A stretch of DNA of 64,000 nt from Candidatus Woesearchaeota archaeon (lineage in GTDB: Archaea > Nanobdellota > Nanobdellia > Woesearchaeales > 0-14-0-80-44-23): NCBI GenBank assembly GCA_038874135.1, contig JAVZCZ010000001.1, positions 320,001-384,000 of the forward strand, read 5' to 3'. A model generated the notes under the pieces. The model worked only from the letters and a program-made list of their open reading frames with translations. It ran no database searches and was not told the DNA's origin. Shown in pieces: positions 9,453 through 19,800 of the stretch. The translations under genes and the position numbers were made by a program. Position 1 is the first letter of the stretch. The number at the start of each line of letters is the position of its first letter.

Positions 9453-10662
9453 GAAGTACAGGCCTGAAAGAGCTTCTGAAGTGATTGGCCAGGATGAGGC
9501 TCTTGGCAAGCTTAAAAAGTTTATTTTGAACTTTGGCAGGGGCAGAGAGAAGGCAGCACTCTTATATGGGCCTTCAGGAACTGGGAAGACCTGCTCTGTT
9601 TATGCTATTGCGCAAGAGCACGACTTTGAGGTTTTGGAGGTTAATGCTTCTGATTTCAGGAGTGACGAGCAGCTCAGGGCAACTGTTGGAATCGCTTCCA
9701 GGCAGGCCTCCCTCTTCGGCAGGAAGAAGATAATCTTAGTGGATGAGATTGAGGGCATAACCGGCTCTGAGGATCGAGGGGGGCTGCAGGAGCTTGCTAG
9801 GATTATTGAAAGTACCAATTTTCCGATTGTTATGACTGCATCCTTTAAGGAGAGTCCTCAGGAAGTGCATTGGGATTCAAGGTTTAACGCTGTAAGAAAG
9901 TCGGCTCTTCTAATAAGATTTTACAGGTTGAAAAATGAGGATGTTTTAAAAATTATTTTAAAGGTTGCTAGGGCTGAAGGATTGAACATTAAGATGGATT
10001 CTCTTTTGAGGATAGCGAGCATGTCCGGCGGGGATGCTAGGGCTGCTATTAATGACCTTCAAACCTGTTCTTCTGATTATAATAACTTAGAGAGCTTTTC
10101 TTCAGTTGCTGGAGACAGGCTTCAAGAGGAAAGTATGTCTTCAGCACTAATAAGAGTTTTTAAGGGTACAAATCTGGAAATAGCTTCGGCTGCCTTCTCC
10201 AGGGTTAATGAAGATCCGGATACACAGTTCCTCTGGGTTGAAGAGAACCTTCCTAGAGAGTATAAGCTCATTGAAGATTTGTTCAGGGCTTATGACGCCC
10301 TCTCAAAGGCAGATGTTTTTCGGGGTAGAATTGTTAAGAGGCAGTATTGGGGATACCTGCGCACTGTTGAGCTCTTAATGACCGCGGGTGTTGCTGCTGC
10401 TAAGGATGCTAAGTATTCTGGAGAGCCAGATTTTAAAGAGCCAAAGAGGGCTCTGTATGAGTGGATTATGAATTCAAGATATGCTAAGAGGAAGTCAATA
10501 GCGCAGAAGCTTGCTTTGAAGACGCACTGCTCAACTGCTGAGGCAGTTCAGCTAATTCCATTTATCAGTTTCATTTTTCGATATGGCAGGAAATTTTCAG
10601 AACAGGTTTCTTCCGAGCTGGGTTTGGAAGAAGAAGAAGTAGAATGGTTAAAGTCAAGATAA
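9424..10662 (+). CDS. rfcL: Replication factor C large subunit
   Basis: WSEKYRP, GPSGTGKT, EVNASDFR, DEIE, GDARAAINDLQ, WVEENLP; start taken at ATG 9424. Confidence 0.93.
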   Translation: MKETNLPWSEKYRPERASEVIGQDEALGKLKKFILNFGRGREKAALLYGPSGTGKTCSVYAIAQEHDFEVLEVNASDFRSDEQLRATVGIASRQASLFGRKKIILVDEIEGITGSEDRGGLQELARIIESTNFPIVMTASFKESPQEVHWDSRFNAVRKSALLIRFYRLKNEDVLKIILKVARAEGLNIKMDSLLRIASMSGGDARAAINDLQTCSSDYNNLESFSSVAGDRLQEESMSSALIRVFKGTNLEIASAAFSRVNEDPDTQFLWVEENLPREYKLIEDLFRAYDALSKADVFRGRIVKRQYWGYLRTVELLMTAGVAAAKDAKYSGEPDFKEPKRALYEWIMNSRYAKRKSIAQKLALKTHCSTAEAVQLIPFISFIFRYGRKFSEQVSSELGLEEEEVEWLKSR

Positions 10663-10684
10663 AAAGAAAAAGATTTTAAAAATT

Positions 10685-10897
10685 TCAGATCATATCTCCT
10701 ATGGTTATGTCTGAAGAGTCTTCTATCATCCCTACAGTTGCCTGCTCAGGCGCCTCAGCTTCTTGAGCGGAGTTAGTCTGCTGATAGCTCTCGCCTTTAA
10801 TGTTGGTTGATTTGCACCCTGAAATTAATGTTATTGCAAAAAGTCCCACTGCTATGAGTCCAAATAGGATTATTGCGTAGAGGATTTTCATACTCAT
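10685..10897 (-). CDS. Small putative lipoprotein
   Basis: Hydrophobic signal followed by lipobox-like LISGC; ATGA overlap with the upstream gene. Confidence 0.7.
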   Translation of the reverse strand: MSMKILYAIILFGLIAVGLFAITLISGCKSTNIKGESYQQTNSAQEAEAPEQATVGMIEDSSDITIGDMI

Positions 10898-11826
10898 CGC
10901 CTCCTGCTATTTTCATTCTTAGAGTTCCCAACTGGAATTGAAGAGCTGTTTTTATACCTGCTGTATATTCTTTCAATTCTCTGACCTATACTCTCATTCC
11001 TTTGACGTAGCTGGTTAATTCTCTTTTCCAGGTTAAGCTGTCTCTCTTGAAGCCGCTCAGTCCTTCTTTCTAAAATCCTGTTCTTCACCGCCATATTATA
11101 TACTGAGATTCTCTTCATATTTTCGTTTATCTTGCTCAAAAGCTTAACCCTCTCGCTCGGAGGTGCGGATTGGATTATGCCTTTGAGGTATTCGTGAACC
11201 TCTTTCTGCGATGCATTCCCACTTCTAACTGCTTCTATTAAAGAGTCATTATTGACTCCCAGCTTTTGAAGTGTAATGTTTAGGAACTGCGCATTGTAAG
11301 CTCTTCTCATCTGCTGTATCTGGTCACTTATGTTCTGAAGCTGTGTTCTTTCCATATCTTGAATCCTTAAGCGTATCCTATCCCTCGTTGCTTCTTTTAG
11401 CATTGGCGAAGCCGTCTTTCTGAACTCCTGAGTTAGGTTTATTGCTTGCGCCTTTATGTCCACAAACTGCTGAGCAAGCTCATCAGCTGATTTAGTGGTT
11501 GTGTTAAGCTCGCTTATTAGCTCATTAACTTCGTCGCTAAGAGCGCGCAGCCCGTCCAGCTTTGCTTCCAGCATTGAAGTGTCTGTGCTGGAATTTGCAC
11601 TCTTAATCTGTTCTATTATATATTCTCCTGCAGCTATGTTTCTCAGTATGCTCTTTTGCAGTTGAAGAAGCCTGACCTCTGCACCCAAGGGGTATAAAAA
11701 GGGGGTTATCTCGCTCTCATTAACCTCGGTGCTGTTGTCAGGCTGTGCTTCTTCTGCAAAGGCAACTCCTGATAATACTGCCAGGAGCCCGAGCATAAAT
11801 ATGACATACGCCAGTTTTCTATCCAT
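10894..11826 (-). CDS. Secreted alpha-helical/coiled-coil hypothetical protein
   Basis: Signal peptide ending AFA; heptad-rich helical body; GGAGG SD favours ATG 11826. Confidence 0.75.
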   Translation of the reverse strand: MDRKLAYVIFMLGLLAVLSGVAFAEEAQPDNSTEVNESEITPFLYPLGAEVRLLQLQKSILRNIAAGEYIIEQIKSANSSTDTSMLEAKLDGLRALSDEVNELISELNTTTKSADELAQQFVDIKAQAINLTQEFRKTASPMLKEATRDRIRLRIQDMERTQLQNISDQIQQMRRAYNAQFLNITLQKLGVNNDSLIEAVRSGNASQKEVHEYLKGIIQSAPPSERVKLLSKINENMKRISVYNMAVKNRILERRTERLQERQLNLEKRINQLRQRNESIGQRIERIYSRYKNSSSIPVGNSKNENSRRR

Positions 11827-11900
11827 GTTTTTCATCCTCCAGCCAGCATTCTCTGTAAGCATTTCATCTTGGCTGCTGGCCCAATTATAATTATTTATGT

Positions 11901-11950
11901 GGAACCGTTTAATAATTTAATCCGGAACCCTGCGGAACATTCCGGAACAA
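11901..11950. promoter_or_regulatory. Phased direct repeats T(C/G)CGGAAC x3 (10-bp period) plus one GGAAC; candidate operator
   Basis: tccggaaccc/tgcggaacat/tccggaacaa at 11921, 11931 and 11941, and ggaacc at 11901, flanking AT-rich TATA-like sequence. Confidence 0.6.
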
Positions 11951-11960
11951 TCAGAAAGGT

Positions 11961-12725
11961 TTAATGCTCCTTTTCCCTTTTTATTGAAAGCAGGTTTGTC
12001 ATTCCGTACCTGTCCTTCTGCACGAGACCCTTGCTTATCAACGCCTGGATGTTTCTGGATAGTGAGGATTTTGGAATTTTAAGTTCTTGCATTATTCTTG
12101 CTTGAGTTGCTGAACCTCCCGATTTAAATATGATTTTCATTATCTGCGCCTGTCTGACTGGAAGCTTCTTTATCTTTTCTGTCATATCTGAGTTGTTTTC
12201 AGCCTTGTGGTTTTCTGTAGTTTGAGCTGGAAAATTTCGCCTCTTTTTTATTATAAGCATGATAATAGTTATCATTGCAAGTACTAGTATGAGGCCCAGT
12301 GCAGTTTCAAGGATTATGTTGTTCTCTCTTTTGTTTTCCAGGGAATATTGCACTAGCAGGTATGGTTTTTCAGAGTTGCCCAGCACAGTTACTTCCAGGC
12401 GGTCTCCTACAGATTCTATCCTAAATGGTGAGGATGCCTTAACATAGTTTATTTTAGAATTCTGCGGAAGCTGGGCTGAGAATATGTATTCTGAAAATTC
12501 TGCATCTGGACTTATGTTCAAAAGCCAGTATGCTCCACTCTTTGAAGTCAAAGTGTCATAAACTCCTGGCTTAAGCCCTTCAAAGTTTGTTCTTCCCGAG
12601 ACTGTAGCTTTTCCAGAATTATCAATTGAAAATTGTAGGTCTGCGTAGTAGCTCGTAGCAGCTGCATAAGTGCTGGTGGAAGCAAGCATTGTGAATATTA
12701 TGATTGTTAAGATCCACGCTCTCAT
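11961..12725 (-). CDS. Membrane-anchored winged-HTH (MarR-like) regulator with extracellular domain
   Basis: Signal peptide, beta-rich domain, TM (LGLILVLAMITIIMLII), then wHTH TQARIMQELKIPKSSLSRNIQALISKGLVQK..YGMTN; AGGTGG SD favours ATG 12725. Confidence 0.85.
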   Translation of the reverse strand: MRAWILTIIIFTMLASTSTYAAATSYYADLQFSIDNSGKATVSGRTNFEGLKPGVYDTLTSKSGAYWLLNISPDAEFSEYIFSAQLPQNSKINYVKASSPFRIESVGDRLEVTVLGNSEKPYLLVQYSLENKRENNIILETALGLILVLAMITIIMLIIKKRRNFPAQTTENHKAENNSDMTEKIKKLPVRQAQIMKIIFKSGGSATQARIMQELKIPKSSLSRNIQALISKGLVQKDRYGMTNLLSIKREKEH

Positions 12726-12817
12726 TTTCATTCCACCTTGAATGTATCTGCTCATATTTATAAATATTACAGAATATTTTATAAAGTGGTAAGAGATAAC
12801 CATTGCAAGTGATATTC

Positions 12818-14296
12818 ATGAAAAATGGAGAAGAGTCCAGCATCACAATAAGCGACCTGGCAGTTTTCTGCAAAAAGAAGGGCTTCGTTTTCCAGAACTC
12901 TGAGCTCTATAACGGCCTCTCAGGATTCTGGGACTTCGGGCCTTTAGGGGTTGAGCTCTTTAACAACATCAAGGCTAGCTGGTGGAAGCGCTTTGTGCAG
13001 AGCAGGTCTGATGTTGTAGGTATGGACGGCAGCATAATTTCGCACGGCAGGGTTTGGAAGGCTTCTGGCCATATTGAAAGCTTTTCTGACATATCAGTTA
13101 AGTGTTCCAAGTGTGGTAAGATTAACAAGATTGACAAGTCTGAGCTTGGAAAAGCTAAATGCGAGTTCTGCGGCGGCAGTTTAGATAAGAGCACTGCTAA
13201 GGAGGTCAAGCTACTCTTTCCAGTTTCAGTCGGATCAGAAGGTACTATTGCTTACCTCAGGGGAGAAACTGCTCAGGAGATGTTCATCAATTTTAAGATG
13301 ATCGCTGAAACTATGAGAATGAAACTTCCATTTGGCATTGCTCAGGTAGGAAGGTGCTTCAGAAATGAAATTGCCCCGAGGGACTTTCTTTTCAGGTGCA
13401 GGGAATTTCACATTGCCGAGTTTGAATATTTCATAAATCCTAGGAGTGATAAGTGTTCAATTATGGATGCAGAGCACCTTAATTTGAGAGTAATGCTTTT
13501 AGATGCCAATACTCAGGAGCAGGGTTCAAAGGAGATGCGAGAAGTAACCATAAGTCAGATGGTCTCTGAGGGCATTTTAGATGAGTGGCACGCCTACTGG
13601 CTGGCTGAGCAATTTCTGTGGTACTTGTCTTTAGGGCTTAGCTGGGATAGGCTTAGAGTTAGAGAGCATGTTAAGAGCGAGCTGGCGCACTATTCTACTG
13701 CAACATTTGATATTGATTACAAGTTTCCGTTCGGATTTAAGGAGATAAGCGGAATTGCTAATAGGGGTCAGTATGATCTTACTAGGCACATGAAGGAGAG
13801 CGGGAAAAGTTTGGAGTATTTTGATGAGGAGACTAGGGAGAATATAGTTCCAAGGGTGATTGAGCCCTCTTTTGGCATGGAGAGGGCTTTCCTCGCAGTA
13901 CTCTCTGAAGCATATTCTTATGATAAGGAAAGGGAGAATGTTGTGCTGAAAATAATTCCCGAGCTAGCGCCTGTGAAGGTTGCAGTTCTGCCCCTGCTTT
14001 CTAACAGGCCTGAACTTCTGAAACTTGCACTGCAGGTTTATGACAAGTTAAGGAAGAGGTTTGTCTGCACTTATGACAAGTCAGGCTCTATAGGCAGGAG
14101 GTATGCCCGTCAGGACGAGATTGGAACTCCTTTCTGCGTCACCATAGATTTTGAGAGTGTTTCAAATGGCGATGTGACTGTTAGGGACAGAGACACTACA
14201 AGGCAGGTTAGAGTAGGAATTTCTGAGTTGGAGGATGTGCTTTCTGCGCTGATTTCTGGAAGTAAGAGTTTTGAAGAGCTGGCGCAGAAGAAGTAA
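12818..14296 (+). CDS. glyS: Glycyl-tRNA synthetase (alpha2 type)
   Basis: WDFGPLG, YLRGETAQ, FRNEIAPR..LFR.REF, IEPSFG.ER, GSIGRRYARQDEIGTP. Confidence 0.97.
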   Translation: MKNGEESSITISDLAVFCKKKGFVFQNSELYNGLSGFWDFGPLGVELFNNIKASWWKRFVQSRSDVVGMDGSIISHGRVWKASGHIESFSDISVKCSKCGKINKIDKSELGKAKCEFCGGSLDKSTAKEVKLLFPVSVGSEGTIAYLRGETAQEMFINFKMIAETMRMKLPFGIAQVGRCFRNEIAPRDFLFRCREFHIAEFEYFINPRSDKCSIMDAEHLNLRVMLLDANTQEQGSKEMREVTISQMVSEGILDEWHAYWLAEQFLWYLSLGLSWDRLRVREHVKSELAHYSTATFDIDYKFPFGFKEISGIANRGQYDLTRHMKESGKSLEYFDEETRENIVPRVIEPSFGMERAFLAVLSEAYSYDKERENVVLKIIPELAPVKVAVLPLLSNRPELLKLALQVYDKLRKRFVCTYDKSGSIGRRYARQDEIGTPFCVTIDFESVSNGDVTVRDRDTTRQVRVGISELEDVLSALISGSKSFEELAQKK

Positions 14297-14370
14297 ATTC
14301 TTCTTTTTAGTATCCGCATATTGTTCCAAACAAATAAATTTATAAATAACCCTCTGATTTCCTGCAGTTT

Positions 14371-14763
14371 ATGAAAATCAAAGATATAAAGGCGAATCAG
14401 GGAAAGATTGAAGTTTCAGGAACTGTGAGCAACAAGAGTGAAGTTAGAACTTTTAACAAGTTTGGAAGGGAAGGCAGGGTTGCTAGCGCAACGCTGAGTG
14501 ACGAGTCTGGATCTATAAAGCTGACCTTGTGGAACGAGCAGGTAGACCAGGTTGGAGATAATGATAAGATAAAGATTGAAAACGGCTATGCTTCAGAGTA
14601 TCAGGGCGAAGTTCAGCTCTCCACTGGAAAGTTTGGGAGGCTTTCCATTATTGAAAAAGCAGAACCTGGCGATAAGGCAAAATCTGGAAAGGCAGGCAAG
14701 ATTGAAGATTTGGAAGAAGACGAGTTTGAAAGTGCTGAAGAGGAAAGCTTTGACGATTTTTAA
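14371..14763 (+). CDS. Single OB-fold ssDNA-binding protein (SSB/RPA) with acidic tail
   Basis: DESGSIKLTLW, IENGY..EYQGEVQLSTGKFG, D/E-rich C-terminus. Confidence 0.9.
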   Translation: MKIKDIKANQGKIEVSGTVSNKSEVRTFNKFGREGRVASATLSDESGSIKLTLWNEQVDQVGDNDKIKIENGYASEYQGEVQLSTGKFGRLSIIEKAEPGDKAKSGKAGKIEDLEEDEFESAEEESFDDF

Positions 14764-14820
14764 TCTTCACCTTTGCTTCCAAAAAGTTTATAAGCACTCC
14801 TTGTTTGGTTTTTTGTTGAT

Positions 14821-14894
14821 GGGTCGGTAGCTCAGCCTGGGAGAGCACCACGCTGAAGACGTGGGTGTCCGGGATTCAAATTCCCGCCGACCCA
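14821..14894 (+). tRNA. tRNA-Phe(GAA)
   Basis: Acceptor GGGTCGG/CCGACCC, anticodon arm CCACG-CTGAAGA-CGTGG, T-loop TTCAAAT; CCA not encoded. Confidence 0.95.
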
Positions 14895-14976
14895 CTTTGA
14901 AATTTTCTGCAAAATTTTTTTACGCTGCTTTGAAGCAATGGTTAAATTATTAAAAGGCAAACTCATTTTAGCTGTT

Positions 14977-15660
14977 ATGGAAGGGCAGAATGAGAAAGTA
15001 AAAAAAGATGAAAATGAAAAAAAGAGTTTACTTATAATATGCGCTCATCCTGATGATGAAGTTTTCGGTGCCGGAGCTACAGTGGCAAAGTATGTAATGG
15101 ACGGCTGGAAGGCGAGGGCGATAATTTTTTCATACGGTGAGAAGAGTCACATCTGGCTGCAGAAGAGAGTCACTATTGAGATGCGTGTGAATGAGGCAAA
15201 AAATGCTGACCGAATAATAGGGTGCAGCGAGCCGCCAATATTTCTTGGCCTGGAAGAGGGGAAGTTTTTAACTCAGCTGAAGGAGAAGGGCCTTGATAAG
15301 AAGATTGAAGAGGTGATAATTCAGGAAAGGCCGTCTAAGATTTTTACTCACTCCTATGATGATCCGCATCCGGATCATAGGGCTGTGGAGAGGGCTGTTA
15401 GAGAAGCTGTTAAGAATTCGGGATTGAATTGTGAGGTTCTGATGTTTGAGGTTTGGAATCTGATAAACTTCCGAAAGAGGGACAAGCCCAGGATATATGT
15501 AAATGTTTCTAACACTTTTGATATTAAGATGGCTGCGCTGAGAGAGTTTAAGAGTCAGTGGATAGCTATGATTCCGCTGCTTCCTAAAGTGTTTATATCA
15601 ACCTTGGTAAATGGCGTTTATGCGGGCTGTCTTTATGCTGAAAAGTTTTATAAGGGATAA
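14977..15660 (+). CDS. PIG-L/LmbE family N-acetylglucosaminyl deacetylase
   Basis: AHPDDE and HPDH motifs; start taken at ATG 14977. Confidence 0.9.
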   Translation: MEGQNEKVKKDENEKKSLLIICAHPDDEVFGAGATVAKYVMDGWKARAIIFSYGEKSHIWLQKRVTIEMRVNEAKNADRIIGCSEPPIFLGLEEGKFLTQLKEKGLDKKIEEVIIQERPSKIFTHSYDDPHPDHRAVERAVREAVKNSGLNCEVLMFEVWNLINFRKRDKPRIYVNVSNTFDIKMAALREFKSQWIAMIPLLPKVFISTLVNGVYAGCLYAEKFYKG

Positions 15661-15662
15661 AA

Positions 15663-16829
15663 ATGGAGGAAGGAGTTAGAAAGAAGAATCTCTTAATAGC
15701 TACGGACACATTTCCTCCGAGAGTTGATGGGGTAAGCAAATTCTTACAGCAGGCAGTTCCAAAGCTTATAAAAGATTTTAATATCACGATACTTGCACCT
15801 GACTTCGGTCCAAGCGGTTCTGAGTTGGAAGGAATTGAAGGCGTTAGAATAGTTAAGTTTAGAGTTGGGAAGAAAAGTTGGGGCGAGCTAAAACTGGCAC
15901 ACCCTTCATTTTTTAAAATTTTAAAAGAGGTTAAGAATTCCGACATCGTTTTCGTGCAGTCCATAGCCCCTGTTGGAATTCTAACTGTATTCGCAGCTAA
16001 AATTCTGAGGAAGAATGTTGTAGCTTACACGCATGTAATTGAGTGGCAGATCGTTGTTGAACATTTAGGCTTTAAGGGATTGCTCAGGACATTAGTGCAG
16101 TGGTTTGTTAAGATAGTGGCTATTGCCACATACAGAAATTGCTCTCTAATTCTTACACCTAGCCAGGAGATTGCTGAGATATTTTCTCAGCAGCATATAA
16201 GTGTAAGGAAGGAGATAGTCCCATTAGGAATTGATACTTCAAAATTCTCTCCACCCGTTGATAGAAGAGCTGCTAAGCTGGAGCTATCAATAAATCCTGA
16301 CAGCGTTGTTGTAGGATATTGTGGAAGGCTGGCTAAGGAGAAGGATCTTGTAACACTTTACAGAGCATTTATTCACTTAAGAAGAAGATACCCGAATGTA
16401 ATACTGCTAATAGTTGGCGACGGACTCCCAGAAATAAGAAACTTGTTCAAGGATAGAGAAGGGGTATATCTCACAGGCGTTAGAAATGACCCCGTTCCGT
16501 TCTATCAGGCGATGGACATATTTGTGATGCCATCAATAACTGAAACTTCATCCCTAGCAACTATGGAAGCAATGTCCTGTGAGGTTGCAGTAATCGCTAC
16601 TAGAGTTGGGAATATAAGTGACTACTTAATAAATTATGAGACTGGACTGTTTTTCAAAAAGAGAAACTCTTTTGATTTGGTAAAAAAGCTTGAGACTCTG
16701 ATAAAGAGGGAAGACCTCAGAATAAGGTTGGGAAAAAATGCCAGGCGTGAGATTTCAGCCAAGTTCTCTCTGGATAGTTCCATAGCAAGAATTTCTAAAA
16801 CTCTTAAGGAACTATGCGTTAAGGGTTAG
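15663..16829 (+). CDS. Glycosyltransferase family 4 (GT-B)
   Basis: DTFPPRVDGV, GRLAKEK, VGDG, DIFVMPS.TETSSLATMEAM. Confidence 0.92.
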   Translation: MEEGVRKKNLLIATDTFPPRVDGVSKFLQQAVPKLIKDFNITILAPDFGPSGSELEGIEGVRIVKFRVGKKSWGELKLAHPSFFKILKEVKNSDIVFVQSIAPVGILTVFAAKILRKNVVAYTHVIEWQIVVEHLGFKGLLRTLVQWFVKIVAIATYRNCSLILTPSQEIAEIFSQQHISVRKEIVPLGIDTSKFSPPVDRRAAKLELSINPDSVVVGYCGRLAKEKDLVTLYRAFIHLRRRYPNVILLIVGDGLPEIRNLFKDREGVYLTGVRNDPVPFYQAMDIFVMPSITETSSLATMEAMSCEVAVIATRVGNISDYLINYETGLFFKKRNSFDLVKKLETLIKREDLRIRLGKNARREISAKFSLDSSIARISKTLKELCVKG

Positions 16830-19800
16830 AATTTTGCGATGCCTTTGCCTGCTCTTCTTTGACTATCTGTTTTGCCTCTTCAAAATTTAGAGAAACTGCA
16901 GTGCTTATAGCCTTGTCTACATCCATGGATATCCCGTAAAGCACGTCCCCCTCAGAGATTATTGCATCGTTGTGGCTTATAACTATGTACTGAGCCCTTG
17001 CAGAATACTGCTTTATCAGCTTCGCTAGCTTTTCTGAATTGCGCTTGTCAAGGGCTGCATCTACCTCATCAAACAGATAAAATGGAGCTGGTTCAAATTC
17101 CTGTATTGCAAATATGAATGCCAGCGCTGTAAGAGACTTTTCTCCTCCTGAAAGTGATCTTATATCTAGAAACTTGTTTTGGGTTATTTTAACTTTTATT
17201 GTTACTCCAGAGTCTTCTGCTATCGGGTTTTCCTTGTTCTCAATTTCTAAGAATGCTTCTCCCTTAACCGTTAATGCTGAGAAGAACTTTTTGAAGTTAG
17301 CATCCAAAGCCTCGTATGTTTTCATGAACAAGCCAAGTTTCTTTCCTTCAATTTCCTGAATCATCTTTATTACTGATTCCTTCTCTTCAGATAGCTTTGA
17401 CTTTTTTTCAAGAAGCTCATTGTATTGTTTTTCAGCAGCGTCATATACCTCTATGGCTTTGAGATTTATCGCTCCCATCTCAAGAATTAACTTCTCGTAT
17501 TTTTCAAACTCGTATTTCAGCTCCGCTTCTGATTTGCCGGTTGCAGGCACAACATTCTTGTATGGTTCAAACTCCTTCTCCAGCCCTATGAGTTCTCCTG
17601 TAAGAGAAGCTTTTTTGAGGGACAGGTTGTTGGACTGCATTTCAATCTGTCTTATGCGATCTTCTTTTATCTGAATCTCCGCTTCTGCCTTAGAGATTTC
17701 CTCGGATAGGGTCTGCTGCTGCTCGTACAGCTTTCTGAACTTTATCCTGAAGCCCCGTTGCAGCTCCTCTTTTTCTTTAAGAGTGGCTGTGCTTGTCTTT
17801 AGTTCAGAAGACATCTTTTCAATTTCATTCTGGAAGGTGTCAATCTCCTTTTCAGTCTGCCTTATCGCCTTCTCAATCTTCTCATTTGAGTTTTTCAGTA
17901 TGTCCAGCTGCGCTAAGAGTGAGTTCATTTTTATTTCAAGCTGAACATTCTCCTCGCGTATTGAAGATTTATTCTGCTCAAATGCTGTGAGTTCTGCTAT
18001 GAGCACTGGATCTTGAAGGCTGTTTATCTGAATTCTTAGCTCCTGCTTTCTGCTCTTTATCTTAGCAAGAGTGCTGCTCGTTTTGGATATTTCCGCATCT
18101 TTGGCTTTAATTTCCTGCTCTTTCTTTTTGATGTCTTCTTGAAGAAGCTCCTTGGTCCTCTTAGAAACTTCCAGGTCTGAAGATTCAAGGTGCAGGCTCT
18201 TTTCCGTCCTTATTATCTCCCCCTCAAGGGATGCTTTCTTTTCTCTCAGCTCAGCTATTCTGTCTTCCAGCGCCTTCTTCTGGCCCTCAAGTTTTGTGAC
18301 TTCTTCTGTTGCTTCAGAATAAGACTTTTCCAGCTTTTGAAGTTCTTCTACTGACTCCTTTTCTGCAAAGCCACCTCTGTTCTCGCGCTGTCTGAATCCG
18401 CCTGTGATAAGACCACTTCTCTCAAACAGGTCGCCTTCCAGGGTTACCATTCGTGCATTTCCTATGCCAAGACGCTTTGCAGTTTCAGAGTTTTCAACAA
18501 CTAATGTGTCTGCAAAAACGTGCTCAAATACCTTTTTGAACTTCTTATCGCATTCAATTAGTTCGTATGCGAAGCCGAAGACGCCTTTGGCTGAGGCTAG
18601 CTGCTTGGTGTTATTGTCAATTTCGGGAACCTTTATCTTAGAAAGCGGTATGAATGTTGCCACTCCAAATTTGTTTTCTCTGAGGAATCTTATGCATCTT
18701 ATTGCAGAGTCCTCATTTTCTACAACTATGCTTCTGATCCTGTTTGCTGCTGCTACTTCAAGCGCCAATGCATATTTGGAAGGCGCGTTTCCCAGTTCTG
18801 CAACGCTTCCTATTATTCCGGGAATTTTTCCCTTCTGTTCAAGAACCTTCTGAACTGCTGCGTCTGCTCGTGAGCCCTCTTTGGCTATTGTGCTCTTTAT
18901 TCGGGCTCTCTGAAGCGCTTGGCTTACGCTTTCCATCCGAGCTCTGGCTTCTGCCAGGCGTGCTGATGTTGAAGATGCTTCAGTTAAAAGCCTGTTTATT
19001 TCAAGGATTGTGCGTTTGAATTCTTCTTTCTTGTCTTTTAATTTTTCAAGCTCATCCGCATGCTCCTTTTCAATCTGTATTACCTTTTGAATCTGCTGCT
19101 CAATTGTTGAAATTTGAACTTCCAGCTTGTCCTTCTCTCTCAATAAAGACTGTTTTTCCTCGTTGAGCTTTTGAATCTGCTGAGTGATTGCTTCTGATTC
19201 AGAGTCAATCTTTTCCATCTCCTTCTGAAGCTCTGCCACGTCTTCCAGCTTGTGTTTCTTTCTGAACTCTTCTATGCTGCGGTTTATTTTTTCAATCTGT
19301 TTAAGGTTTTCCTGGTGTTTTGCCCGTGCAGATTCTACTTCAGAGTTGAGCTGGCTTATCTTTTGAGTGTTCTCTTCAACTTCTTTTTTTGATGAAGAAA
19401 TTTTTTCCTGAAGCTTTTCAATCTCTTTTTTGTGTGATTCAATTCCTGTTTGAAGAGTAGCAATCTTAACCTTAAGCTCTTCAACTTCTCTGTTCAGCGC
19501 CAACTCGTCAGTTTCTGCCTTTTCGTTAATCTCATTTCTTATTTTTTCTATTAGCTTCTTCTTTTCTTCAATCTGGCTTCTGACTTCAGAGATTTCTTTT
19601 TGGATGCCTTCAATCTCCTTGGCCGCTTCAGAAATCTTTGCTTCTGCCTTTTCTATCTCCTTTTTTCTCTTTTCTATTATCAAAGACAAGTATGCTGCCT
19701 TGTGGCTGTCTATCTTCTCTTTAAGGTCTTTATACTTGAGCGCCTGCTCCCTATCCTTCTTGAGCTCAGAAAGAGCTGCCTCCTTTTCTGCAAGGATTAT

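Noticed and set aside
11921-11950. CRISPR or mini-array interpretation of the GGAAC repeats
   Set aside because: The period is only 10 bp with no spacers, and there are no cas genes in the window.
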